A stretch of 64,000 bases of DNA, taken from assembly GCA_023920165.1 (NCBI GenBank), contig CP089281.1, positions 1,922,001-1,986,000 on the forward strand, read 5' to 3'. Positions 51,557-63,225 of the stretch are shown piece after piece. The notes beneath the pieces were generated by a model. That model saw only the letters and a program-made list of their open reading frames with translations. It had not been told where the DNA came from and searched no databases. The stretch's first letter is position 1. The number at the start of each line of letters is the position of its first letter. Both the position numbers and the translations under genes were made by a program. This DNA is from Curvularia clavata. Lineage: Eukaryota.

Positions 51557-52291
51557 GGTGATGGTGATGATGATGATCTTCTTGCGGAAGATTGAGTGAA
51601 TGAGTAGAGAGCTGGGTCGGTGATGAGAGTAGAATCGAGTGAAGCGAATAAAGTTCCGTGATGAATATGGAGATTTCAGTAGGTAGAATGATAACCTTTA
51701 TGTTCTTCAACCATCGTGTCTATGCGAATAAAATGGTTTAACAAGGTCTATTACATTTTACCTACTAGGGAAAGCTTTAGTAGTACTCCTCTAGCTGCTA
51801 GAGCAGTCAGCGGGATGGAATTTGTATCTAGAAGATAGTGATTCAGTGAACAGTGACAGGGTCTTTTTTGCAAGCTTTTCTTTTTTCCATCTCGGGAAGA
51901 TTTTTGGTGCTGACTTGAGCCATGTAACATTTGACCGCAACCTAGTAGATGTATTTGGTGAATGTCAAGTTCTAATTCTAGTTTGGTTACGAAGCATTGC
52001 TCCGTATCTATCACACACGTCAGCATCGATATTAGCGTCGGCGTCAAAAATGTCGCTCGAACAAGCAACAGAGTTAATCTCGTTTTAGACAGGATCTGGA
52101 ATACTCCATGTTAGCGCTACGAACTAGACCTCTAGTTATAACCTGTTAAACTAGGATCATGCTGCACATGACACCCAGTCTAACTCGAACACGGCCACAG
52201 CTACTGTTCTTGATTCAGTCCTACTGAAATTGCAGCCAAACCGAAGGGGCCCGTAGTGTAGATACGATTGAGGCTATTGTAGTACACCAAA

Positions 52292-52301
52292 GTATATAAA
52301 A
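52292..52301 (+). promoter_or_regulatory. TATA box upstream of the small secreted peptide gene
   Basis: GTATATAAAA about 120 nt upstream of ATG 52416. Confidence 0.55.
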
Positions 52302-52415
52302 GCACTGGAGGTAGCTTCTAGATATCAGTATCAAACAGCATCCGCAATCACTATCGTCGCACGAACTTGTCTATCTCAATATCATCACTGATAAATTACC
52401 AAAACGTACCTCAAC

Positions 52416-52641
52416 ATGTACCTCCGATCTGTCATTCTTTTCACGCTTAGCCTTGCTATGGGTATACACGCACAGAAACAAGGTTGCAACAAGGGCACCT
52501 GGGGAGGTAAAGCTTCTCCTTTCGCTTCCTATATTTCTGCTAAATATCTACATAGAAAGCTGTGTGCTTGATCTTGATTGCTGCAGTGCCAAGTGCGACA
52601 ATAACCAGTGCACTCAGTCTGATGGGGTCTGCATTTGCTAG
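52416..52641 (+). CDS. Small secreted cysteine-rich (knottin-like) peptide, 58 aa
   Basis: Exons 52416-52506 and 52556-52641 (intron GTAAAG...GCTAAA...TAG): MYLRSVILFTLSLAMGIHAQKQGCNKGTWGESCVLDLDCCSAKCDNNQCTQSDGVCIC*. Signal peptide plus 8 Cys. Confidence 0.82.
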
Positions 52642-52944
52642 GTACAGTCTCATCTGCATACTTGGGAGAGCTCCTGGCTAACGGTACCAGAGTGGATCAC
52701 TATGGAACCACACTGAGGGTATGTAGTGCGCCGATGCACATGGTTACTGTAGCCCTAGGCTAAAGTCTAACCTTATCTTCCTGACCCTTGATAAGAGAGA
52801 GGCCTGAGAGGTGTGCTGAGGGTAGCTTTTCTATGTATGACAGATAGCAACAATTACACTACTCTCTATTCTATTCTTTCGTAAATGCATCGAGTGAATC
52901 TAGTTTTGAATCACATTGAGTACTTATCGTGACTTGACACAACA

Positions 52945-53467
52945 CAGTGCCTTGCCAAAAGTTTCGCGACGCTAGCCCCGGTCACCCCACCAAACACGAG
53001 CCCACCAACCGCGACCTTCACCACCACTTTGAACGCCCCCCACCAGTGCACCACTGCGCCGATTTGATCACCTAGTGCTAGAAAACATGCCCAAAGGCTC
53101 GAATATGACAATAGACGAGCGATATATCGCGATTGGGATGTTGCAGGGGGGTGCAACAGTCGCAGAAGTTGCCGCCAAGTTTGAGCGCAGCCGCTCTACT
53201 ATCCACCGACTTTACAAAAAGTTCTCCACCACCACTACCGCACACGACAGGCCCCGATCCGGGCGACCAAAAATACTATCAAATCGTCAGAAGAAGATTA
53301 TTTCTCGGGCTGCTCGCGCAACACCAAAAATACGATACCAGAAGCTCGCCAAAGCAGCTGTCGTGGTGCAACCCGATGGCACCTCTTCGAAGCCTCCTAG
53401 CCGCAGTACATTGTACCGGGTGCTCCGCAGTCAAAATCTATCCGCCCGCTCAATAGCAAAAAACTAG
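52945..53467 (+). mobile_element. Truncated Tc1/mariner-like element: left TIR-like end plus transposase N-terminal DNA-binding region only
   Basis: CAGTGCCTTGCCAAAAGTTT at 52945 resembles Tc1-family termini. ORF 53087-53467 has an HTH (VAEVAAKFERSRSTIHRL), an RSGRPK linker and a second HTH (SRSTLYRVLR), but no DDE domain. No right TIR was seen. Confidence 0.75.
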
Positions 53468-55136
53468 GTCGCATGAGCAACACGGGTAGAGAACGGGAGG
53501 TTTAATCTGAAGAATTTACTGTGTTGATGGCAACGTGTTCGCAACAACGTCATCTATTTTGTACCGCTAGGAGCCATCATGCTCTACCAATCTCTGTTCA
53601 CTTCATCGTATCCCTGCTTTTCATTGCATTGCCAGTGTCTGCTCTCTAGCCCTACTCCTACTTGTTCTCGTCGGAATTCTTTTCAAACACAAATTCAGGG
53701 TATTCTCAGACGATACCCTCGGATCAATTATATGTCATTAGTCTTTCTTGAATGCATCGTGTGGGACCGTTCGAATCGCTGCTTCGACTGCAGATTTACT
53801 ATTTTTTTAACTGAGATAATTTGAAAATGCTAATCGCTGTAGGCAAACTAGAGGCAAGTCGCTTGAACGAGCTGGCGAGCAATGGGTTTCTGGTATATTT
53901 GGATATTAGCTTCAATTGTGTCGTGTGCGTAGACTGCACGTCAAAACGGCCTTGGGGAGACAAGCGATAAACCAGTGAATAAAAGAGCAAGGGCAAAGAC
54001 ATTGATGGATAGTGAGTTTTGGAACTGCACAGTCAACGTCCAGACCAGCCGGTTTCTTGATGTACCAACAATGCGCCAAGCCTGTCCTTGGTCTCCACAT
54101 TGGTCGAGCGTTCGCAGTCACCTACCATGCATAATCTTCCGCGTCTCTTTCAACACCTCTTCCTATCCTCGCTAAATCACGCGCAACGTCGCCGCAATTT
54201 AATGCCGGATGTTCCGCAATGGGGTCCCAACCAATAGCTGGAGGATTAGATGCCTTTGCGTCTTTTTGGATTCTACATATCAAGATGTTGGCATTCCTGA
54301 ACCTTCTGGGCATGAAATAAAGGTATTGTGGATGTATTATTCTTTTACTTGACGATGCAGGATTCCGTATATCCACTCTCTAAATTCTTCAATCGTTCGG
54401 TCAAGCGACAAGCGCCATTGTATGTACGATGCTCACACGATTAACCGCATTTTACGCGCCCATAAAGGCCGCAAATTCCGTACAGCTCGTGATAGTCAAG
54501 CACCCACCCGCCCCGGCGGGCTCCACTCTGCATGCTCCCATCGACGCCACATGGGCGCGCTGTTGGTTGCGCGCATAGCGCCCACCTTCTGGGGCATGCA
54601 ACAAGCGATCCATCCTGTTAGGGCAGACTGCCTATATTGGAATGCCGAAAGCGTCGCAATTAACCCACATTCCAAAGACCCAAGAGCAGGGGTTAGCGCC
54701 AGGGACAGGCTCTGTAGTTCCCGCTGACGCTGCCGTCCTGCACATCTGATTCGCCATCACACTTTACTCACACTGTGATCGCGCAGCATGCGTGTGCCAC
54801 TCAGCGTCGCCCATGGCCATGTCGCCCCTCAGCCCGATTACTGCCATCGGCTAGAATGCGCCCTCTCACACCCGTTAAGAGCATTCGACGCCCCCAGGCG
54901 TGCCCTGCTGACGGCTTACCTGTGCGCTCGCCATCTCAGCACCGCCGTCCACGTACCACCGCCAGAGACTTCCGGTACACGTCTCTGATCCCCACTACCC
55001 GGTTGCGACGCCATTGCGCGACCTCTCGACGTGCGCTGCGCACTTGAGCGACTCCAGACTCGCCGTCCGCCTGTCCGTCCGCCTGGCGCCCGGCACATAT
55101 ACGCCTCCAAGACCACGACCGCACGACCCCGCAGCC

Positions 55137-56239
55137 ATGGGCTTCTTCATCTCGCGCACATGGCGGCTGCCAAAGATTGTCTGGTTCCTCATGGTCTTTG
55201 AGCTGCCCTTCACTGTCGCCAATCTCGCGCTCTTCGGCATCGCCTCACCAAACCTATATCGCACCATCTTATGGAGAGTGGGTGGAGAGAAGGGCTTCAA
55301 TTCGGAACCATCCACTGTCTTGTACTCGTATGCCAACTATCGCCCGGTCGAAACGCCGCTGGTATGGAGCAGCTTGTACGTATTACCCGGTTCTGCCATA
55401 TGGCCTCAGCTTTTACTTGCCGACCTTGGCTAACCTTACCTCACAGCAACACTCAGTACCATCTCGTAATCGGCGTTGTGTGCACCTTCTTCTGGCTCGT
55501 CAAAGTGACTCTATGGCTCCTCAAGGTCTTGTATCCAATTCTATCGCTACCCCTCCACATCGCCCTCGCATGCCTATGGGCATACGGTCTCCATGTTCAA
55601 ACCGCCCCCGACACCATCGATCCGCGTCGTGTGAACAATGGACCACCGTGGTACATTACCAAGAGCTGTGACATTGTAGAAGACAAGACCATTAGAGGTT
55701 ATTGCATGCAGGCAAAGAGTAGTTTTGCTGTTAGCATCATCATGCTGTACGTCCCTTGATGCTTACAACTGAACGCAAAGCTAACAATCCCACCCAGTGT
55801 CATATATGTTGCTTTTATCATCCTGTCTGTATACTCTCTGATTCCTACTGCTGCCCAAAAAGAGGCCCACGCCGCTAAGCAGGCGGAAAAGAAAGCCGAG
55901 AAGGAGAAGTGGGCGTCTTCACCATACGACAATGAAATGACTGCTGAAGAGCAGTGGCAGCATATGTGGGAGCTGCAGCAGTTGCCCCGTACCCCCGGGA
56001 CAGTCGGCGGTATGAAGTCGCCCATGACACCGCGCACGCTGGCCTTCAACAACTTGGGTGGTGAAGAAGCCGGGCATGGCGGCTATTACCCCCCCACAGG
56101 AGAACATGGGTACTATGGCCCACCGCAGCACGGTGGTGTGCCCGTGCAGACAGTGAGCCCGGTCATGGAGCATGATGAATATCAACATGGCCAAGACGGC
56201 AAAGGCAAATCCATGGGATGGGGTGGCAACGCCTACTAA
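55137..56239 (+). CDS. Conserved fungal integral membrane protein (about 4 TM, MARVEL-like)
   Basis: Three exons. LALFGIASPNLYRTILW..GG..GFNS.P...LY.YANYRP...PLVWS, PWYITKSC, GYCMQAKSSFAV, and a tail with PMTPRTLAFN. Confidence 0.85.
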
Positions 56240-56623
56240 GCGCTTCCTCAGAAGCATCTTCTTGTGTTTATTTTTGGGCGGCGTTTGAGCGTGTCAACTT
56301 TTGAGATACCACATGGGGCTTGGACTTCACTCATTACGGATATGAGAGGAACTGGGATTAAGGATACACATATCCCGAGATCTTTTTTTTTATTCTGTTT
56401 GGATACTTAATTGAATCATGATGTCGTCAAAAGTTTGTCGCATATGAGCTTTTTTCGTTCTCGCGTTCAGTGCAGTACAGCAGACACGTGATTTGGCGCG
56501 GACGTGCATCGTGGTCGCGGGGACCCTTGACGTAGGGTGGCTGCTCGAGCTCCACAGATCAAACTCGTTCTCTCTCAGCAGGCATCATTGGCCACCTCAC
56601 TGCTCCAGCTCGCGCGGCCTTTC

Positions 56624-57674
56624 ATGTCTACTAATCAAGAGAGCCATATTGTTTGTGTTGGCGCTGTCTACACAGACACTATCCTAACGTAAGTACCCGC
56701 CTGAGTCTTCGGGAAGTTCCGGTCAATTTACTCAATAACAAGATTCAAATAGCGTTCCACACTTTCCCATAGAAGATGAAAAGCTGCGCGCAAAGAGCAT
56801 TACGAGGCGAAGAGGCGGAAACACGGCAAACAGTCTCGAGGTGTTATCACAGCTATTACGGCACGACCCATCACCTGCACAATCACGCACTTCAACAAAT
56901 CTGCATTTGATCGCCGTGCTTCCCAATGCACAATCTCCGGCCTCGCAGTTCATCGTTGAATCGCTTCCGGATGTAAATATAGAATGTAGCCTGTTCAGAA
57001 CGGACTGCCAAGAAGCCGCCTCGAGCTACATCATCCAGAGCCAAGCGAACCGTTCGAGAACGATTGTTAGTATCAATGAGCTTCAGGAAATGCAGGTTTC
57101 CGAGTTTTCTCAAAAGGTGCTTCAAGTCGCTACAACAGATGGAGGGCTTGATTGGAAAAGAGCTTGGTTTCATTTTGAAGGCCGCATTCCAGATGTTACG
57201 CATTCTTGTGTTGAGTTCCTGCGCAAGCATCTCCCACACGCTAGAGTAAGCGTAGAGTGCGAGAAGCCCGAACGCACTGGCATGGCTTACGTTGCAAAAC
57301 TCGCGGACGTGGTGTTTTACTCCAAGATCTGGGCCGAGAAGAACGGATACGCGGATGCGAGGAGTTTCCTGGAGGCACAGTGTGCGGATAAGCGAGACGG
57401 TACGATACTGTGTTGTACATGGGGTTCGGGAGGTGCTATGGCAGTCAAGAAAGGAGCCGATGATTCTTGGGCGGATGTCAAAGCATGGAAAGACGAAACC
57501 ACAAACGTTGTCGATACGATTGGGGCTGGAGATACGTTTGTCGCCGGAATGCTTTTTTCGCTAAACAACCACGAAGATTGGCCACTGCAGCGGAAGCTAG
57601 AGTTCGCGAATGAGCTTGCTGGACGCAAGGTTCTGCAAGAAGGATTTGGCAATCTGGGTGCCAAAATGTGGTAG
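56624..57674 (+). CDS. PfkB/ribokinase-family sugar kinase (ketohexokinase-like)
   Basis: IVCVGAVYTDTILT|VPHFPIEDEKLRA...RRRGGNTANSLEVL, SRTIVS, WFHFEGRIP, VECEKPER, VVDTIGAGDTFVAG. Confidence 0.93.
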
Positions 57675-58096
57675 ATGGGTAGCCACTGGCGCAGTTCATC
57701 CAGCGGAAGCTGCTTTCGAATGCTTTCTACGGGTAGTTGCTCTAGCATAATGCAAGGCTTTACAAACACCAAATATACCGGAGCAAACATCTGCAGCGTG
57801 ATTGGCTAGTCTTTGAGAATCAGATCGATGACAAGTGCGAGAATGGTCCTGCGGAGGAGCCTCCGGTCATATCTCCATAAGCATGGCTTCAAAGAACTGG
57901 AATCGATGATCTTTTACCCCGCATTTTCATGTATTAGCCTGTCTGGACTCAAGATAGAAAACACACTATCATCGGCGAGGCGGAAGCTAACTGAGCTGCC
58001 GGACTGCCGCTAGGGCGCCAGAAGTCATTTAAGCAAACGTTGTTCCGATCCATAGATGCGAATAAAGAAATACAACCGCCAAGAGCTTAGAGAGAT

Positions 58097-59361
58097 ATGA
58101 ACGGAACAAAAGCCGCAACGTGCCCAATGGGTCACCACCGGATCCAGAACATACACAACGGCAAGCTAGCCAACGGGACTGTCAGAGCTGGTGGCCAAGA
58201 CAAGAAAGCCTGTGGGACCTTCATCAAATGGGATGCCTCAGGCGTCGAGAAGATTTCAGCTGATGAAGAACAAAAGATCAAGGATGTGTCTGCTCAGTTC
58301 AATCGCTTTCAGATGATGAACTTTAACGAGCATATGCATTGTCTGAGAGGAACACATTTGAAAACGCAAGGTGTACGTTCACGCCGTTGCTCTTCAATAT
58401 ATTCTACTGATCTCAATTATAGTGTGTTGTTGGCAAATTCACTGTCCATGACAACCTCCCGCCCTACCTCGCCCAAGGCATGTTTGCCAAACCTGGCACC
58501 TACAATGTCATCATGCGCTACTCATCTCTGACTCCCAAAATCTTGCCTGACAACCTATCCGCACCTCGGGGTATCGGCATGAAAATCTTTGGAATTGAGG
58601 GCGAAAAGTTATGGGGCGAGGACAAGAAAACGCAGGACTGGACTTTCAACAACTACCCAATACTCGAGCTACGGGATCCACAGACAACATATGACATAGC
58701 TGATTCCCTAGAGAGAAATTGGAACGACTTGCCTACATTTGCTAACGAGCAAAGTAAGAGGGTAGACGCTGATGTTGCCACGCTCGGCTCCCAGCTTCCG
58801 AGACAACACATGGTCGCCATGCCCGAGTACTCGCAATCCGCCTACCGCCATGGCGACTACGTAGCCAAATATGGCGTTTTCCCCGCCAGCAATTTTCAGA
58901 AAGAGCTCGAGAACGATGAGATCAAAGACGATGATGCAATCAACATCATTTCCCAAGCCCTTCGCAAACACCACCTCAACAACACAATTTCCTACACCTT
59001 TTGTGCGCAAATGCTGCAGGATCTGGAAGAGCAGCCTGTAGATGACATTGGCATAGAATGGGATCCGAAAAAGTATCCGTTTGAGCCTCTTGCGACGATT
59101 GAGTTTCCGCCGCAGGACTCGTGGATCCCGGCATTTCGCACATGGTGGGACGATCGCATCACCGTGAATAGCTGGCATGGATTGAAGGAACACCAGCCTC
59201 TTGGTAGCACGAATAGGATGCGTAGAGTGGTTTATGCCGAAAGTAGGAAGTTGAGGTTGAGGGTCAACGGGTTTGCAGACGGAGACTATGTTGAGCCGGC
59301 GAGTATTGGCGAAGTACCGGTCAAGGGTCCGGAGGCGCCGCAAATGCAGTTGAGGTATTAG
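58097..59361 (+). CDS. Heme-dependent catalase-like protein (small catalase-related family)
   Basis: HCLRGTHLKTQG|CVVGKFTV...LAQGMFAKPGTYNVIMRYS...PRGIGMKIFG...TQDW.FNNYP...YSQSAYRHG...WHGLKEHQPLGSTNRMRRVVYAES; one intron. Confidence 0.88.
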
Positions 59362-59751
59362 GATGTAGTGGGATGGTTGAAGTGCTTAATGTTGAGTTGG
59401 TAGCATTCGATAAATGAGTAGCTTTAGTACATCCTCTTGTATTGACATGTATGACCTGCTTTAAAGCCTAGGACACCTTTCTCTGTGGCCTTCCCATGCA
59501 CTTCAATGTGTTACATAGATCTCACCACCTTCAGAATAAATACAACTGTGTATATAGACTACAAAATTGCAACTAGCCAGCGCATCTTCGATTCTACAAT
59601 AGTGCGGCTCCCCGCACTCGGAACATCACCGTATATCTGCATCGAGGTCACATGGCTCCCTATTACGCATCAACTCCCAGATCTCAGAAAAGGAATGAAA
59701 GAAATATACAAAATAAATCTCTACAAGGGTGAGGCTACCCCGCCGCAAACA

Positions 59752-61318
59752 ATGCTAAAACTCTCCATCCTACCCCTCCTACTCTCCTCTATAGGTCTTC
59801 CCACCATTCTTGCAACACACACAACTCTCAAACCCTTACAAGAAGTCCTTCTCTCGCCGCAACCTTATCCAAGCTTCTTCTAAATACCATGACAGGAAAC
59901 CTCATCACCCATGTATCCCTTTGGGCAACCCTTCCCCGAAGCCTCAAACGGCACGCAATCCCAACAAAACGAAATTTGGAAGCAAATCCAGCATGACGCG
60001 CACAGTGATGGAATCGATTTGACTGCGCTTCCATTTGCAAAGGAAGCGATTGGGAGTATTGCAGCGCTGGCGAGCGAAAAGGTGGAGCTGGGCGCGGGGG
60101 CTTTCAATGGGAGGAGAATCGATGTGCATACGCAGTAAGTTCTGCTTCTACTTTTCTTTCATGTAAGATAACGAGGCTGCTTGGTGTAAAGAAAAAGATG
60201 AAATATTGTAGGAGTGGTTTCATACCACGGGATAAAAGCCAGAAAGTAACATGAAGGTACCAGCCCCATCCCCGATTGGTTCCGCGCGCTGGAACTCAAC
60301 GCCGCGGGACGCGCAACACCCTCATGGAGTGTAAAAGACCACCTGCAGTTCATGGCCGATCACCAAATTGCGCATTCAGTTCTCTGCGTCTCAACGCCAC
60401 AAGCCAATGCTTTTCTCACTGAGCAAAACGACGAGGTGAGGAAGCGCAAGACGCTTGCGCTGGCCAGGTTGTTGAATTGCTTCACGGCCGAGCTATGTCG
60501 AGTGTATCCAGAGCGGTTCAGCTGGATGGCGATCATGCCATTGCCGCATGTAGCGGAGTCGATCACAGAATTGAAAAGAATGTTTGGAACAAAAGGGCAG
60601 AAACCAATCGGTGTCGGCGTGCTGACGAACCACGAAGGCCTGTACCCTGGAGACGCGACATTTAATCCGCTGTGGAGCTTTTTGCAGAAGAGAGCGAGGG
60701 AAGAGGAGAGTAGAGAAGTTGTCTTTGTGCATCCAACTGAGCCGGTGATTAGGCTTGGGGATGGTCGATTCGTGAATTCTACGCCTTGTAAGGCAGCCCC
60801 CACTCTCTCTCTCTGAATAACCCAAGTCCCTTCAGACTAATGGAGAATGAAACCAAATAGCACCTCTTCGCTCCGGTCTAGGTGAATTCTACTTCGAAAC
60901 CGCCCGCGCAGTCTCCAGCCTCACGGCTTTCTCCGCCATACTCAACTACCCCAGTCTGCACTGGCGCATTTCCCACGGCGCCGGAGCCTTCCCTGACATC
61001 TCGGAACGCTTCTTGCTTGGCTTCCCTGACATTTCTTCGCGCGCACGAGAGGCGTACAAATCCCGCTTTTGGTACGATAGTGCGGGCCCCGTGTGGCCGA
61101 AGCAAGTTAAAGGCTTGACTGAGGGCATGGGAATTCCGCTGGACCAAATGGTGTTTGGTACAGATTTTCCGTATGGTATTGGGTTCTGGGACGTGGATGC
61201 AAATATCAGGGGGTTGGCGGAGGTAAAGGGGATAGCGGAGGCGGATAAGGAAAAGGTGTTTTGGGGGAATGCGAAGAGATTGTGGGGTGGGAGGAGTAAG
61301 GGGTTGGACGGAGTGTAG
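59752..61318 (+). CDS. Amidohydrolase_2 family metal-dependent hydrolase/decarboxylase
   Basis: IDVHTH|PIPDWF, SVLCVSTP, VLTNHEGLYPGD..F.PLW, VFVHPTEP, EFYFETARA, HGAGAFP, FWYDSAG, VFGTDFPY, GNA..LW. The N-terminus is uncertain (59752 with signal peptide, or 59911). Confidence 0.85.
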
Positions 61319-61918
61319 GAGAGAGGGGATGCGTGGTTTCAGTATTTACTGGAACTGCTTGCATTGTAAAGTTTAACGATCGTGCATTAGAGAAGCTACT
61401 CATGACGGCATCTATGGTTGCGATTGGTTACTCGGCTTGATGCGTGGTCACAGTGTAAAAAGGACGTTCTCATCACGTAGTCAGTCACTCAATATGCGTC
61501 CATTGTAACATCATTGGGATTTACACAAAATCACAGTTACTTCACTTCAACTGGAAATTGAGCAGCTTTAACCCCTCTCCTTACGGAAACAATTGAACTA
61601 GACATGAAAGTGATCATGAATGATTGAAAGATATTCGTATCAAGTACTCAGCTGCTGAAAAGTGGAGCACTCATGAAAAGGTTTAGTTTGAACGATGGAA
61701 CGACGCGTCTTCAGGCCTGGTATGCACATACTATGATTTTGTCAATTTCTGGCGAGGGTTGAAATCTGAATACACTCTGGCTTCATCAATCAACTGAGCA
61801 TTAGCAGAGCAGCTGTTTGATTGAAAGACTACAGCTAAACAGATAGATATAGTTCAGCTCCTAATTTTCCAACATTGAGTAACATATCTTTCGTCTCTAG
61901 TCACCTTCATTGACAGCA

Positions 61919-63225
61919 TCAAGTCGAAGTGACTTCAGGTGTGGGTGCCGCCGTGACCGTAGTTGGGGGTATCGTTGAAGTAGCTGACCACCCCTGGGTA
62001 TACCTTGGATCACCTGGAAGCGTGGTGATAGGGATCCAAGTCGCATCGGCAGCAGCCGCAGGATGAAGCTAGATGCGTTATTTCAATGCTTTATTTACAG
62101 TGCGTTACTTCAACATACCACACAACTCTTGTAACTAGCTTCTTTCTTCGCAGCCAGGTTCACCAGGCTCGTCGGCAGCAGGAGCGCTGGGTTGTAATCA
62201 TATGGGTTTATTGTTGGTGTCACACATCGCGTACTAATCATGTCAGTGCAAGTGCTTATAGCGTCGTTCCATTCACATTGCGTAATTTCCGAGCAGATTT
62301 TTGTGGCTGAAACCGGCCAGTTCAACGTGCTTAGCGCGAAAGGTTTTGGGTTCTCATATGTCGGTCTTCTTCCCCGCGACTGTCTAGTGAGTGTGGAGAT
62401 GGGCGACGGTGGAATTGAAAGCGTCAGAGACGTGAGTTGAGAACCGCAGCCAGTGAATAGATTTGTCCAAGGGAACTGTCCGTATAAGGTGGGTATTGAT
62501 ATGTAAATTGAAGGCGAGGTCATTGTGAGGCCATCAACTACTTTTACCACTGGTGATTTGGATGTGGCTGCTTCCGGTGCTGGACGGCTGATTGGCAAGA
62601 GAGTGTTTGTTTGGGGGCAGAGTGGCTGCGTGGCTGGGGTTGGCCAGTAGTATATCTTCACGCTCGATCCTGCTAAACTGCATGGGCCGCCAGGAACAGA
62701 AGAACATGCCCTATATGTCGTGCATGGGACTGGAAAGTCTGGGATCGGAGTTTCCGTTGTGTGCGCCATGTTCCAGCTTGATTGGAGTTTTGCACAATCG
62801 TTTGCATTCACCGTGCAAGTTGGTGTTGGACTAGTCATGCTCGACCACGTGGTATACGCTGCTGTTGGATACCATTCCGTAACATATGCGCTGTACTGGC
62901 GGCCGAGTAGACGAGGGATGTTGTCGCAGAAGGTCGAAGTAGGGACAGCTGGGTAGGTTGAAAATATCTCGGTAGACGTGAGAGTCGTTGTGTAAGACTT
63001 GGATGCTAGACTAGACAAGGTGGAGTAATATTGCGTCCACGAGTTGAAGCAAGCCTGAGCAGGTGGCAGAGGCGTGATAACATTCGCTATTGATGTTAGC
63101 ACAAAAGCTGCATGGCATTTTTTGAGCAGAGAGTCATCTTGCTCAGCTTGCTTGGGAAATGAATTACCAGCTGCCTGAGTGGCCAGGATCAAGCAAAGAA
63201 CTTGGAAACCAGATAAACTGACCAT
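61919..63225 (-). CDS. Secreted Thr/Ser/Cys-rich hypothetical protein
   Basis: Signal peptide MVSLSGFQVLCLILATQAAG; PTCTV...C..L, C.L....VKIYYWP, G.TMTSPSIYIS, YNP.LLLP. An intron (GTATGT...TAG) near 62118-62069 leads to a last exon ending PEVTST*. Confidence 0.75.
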
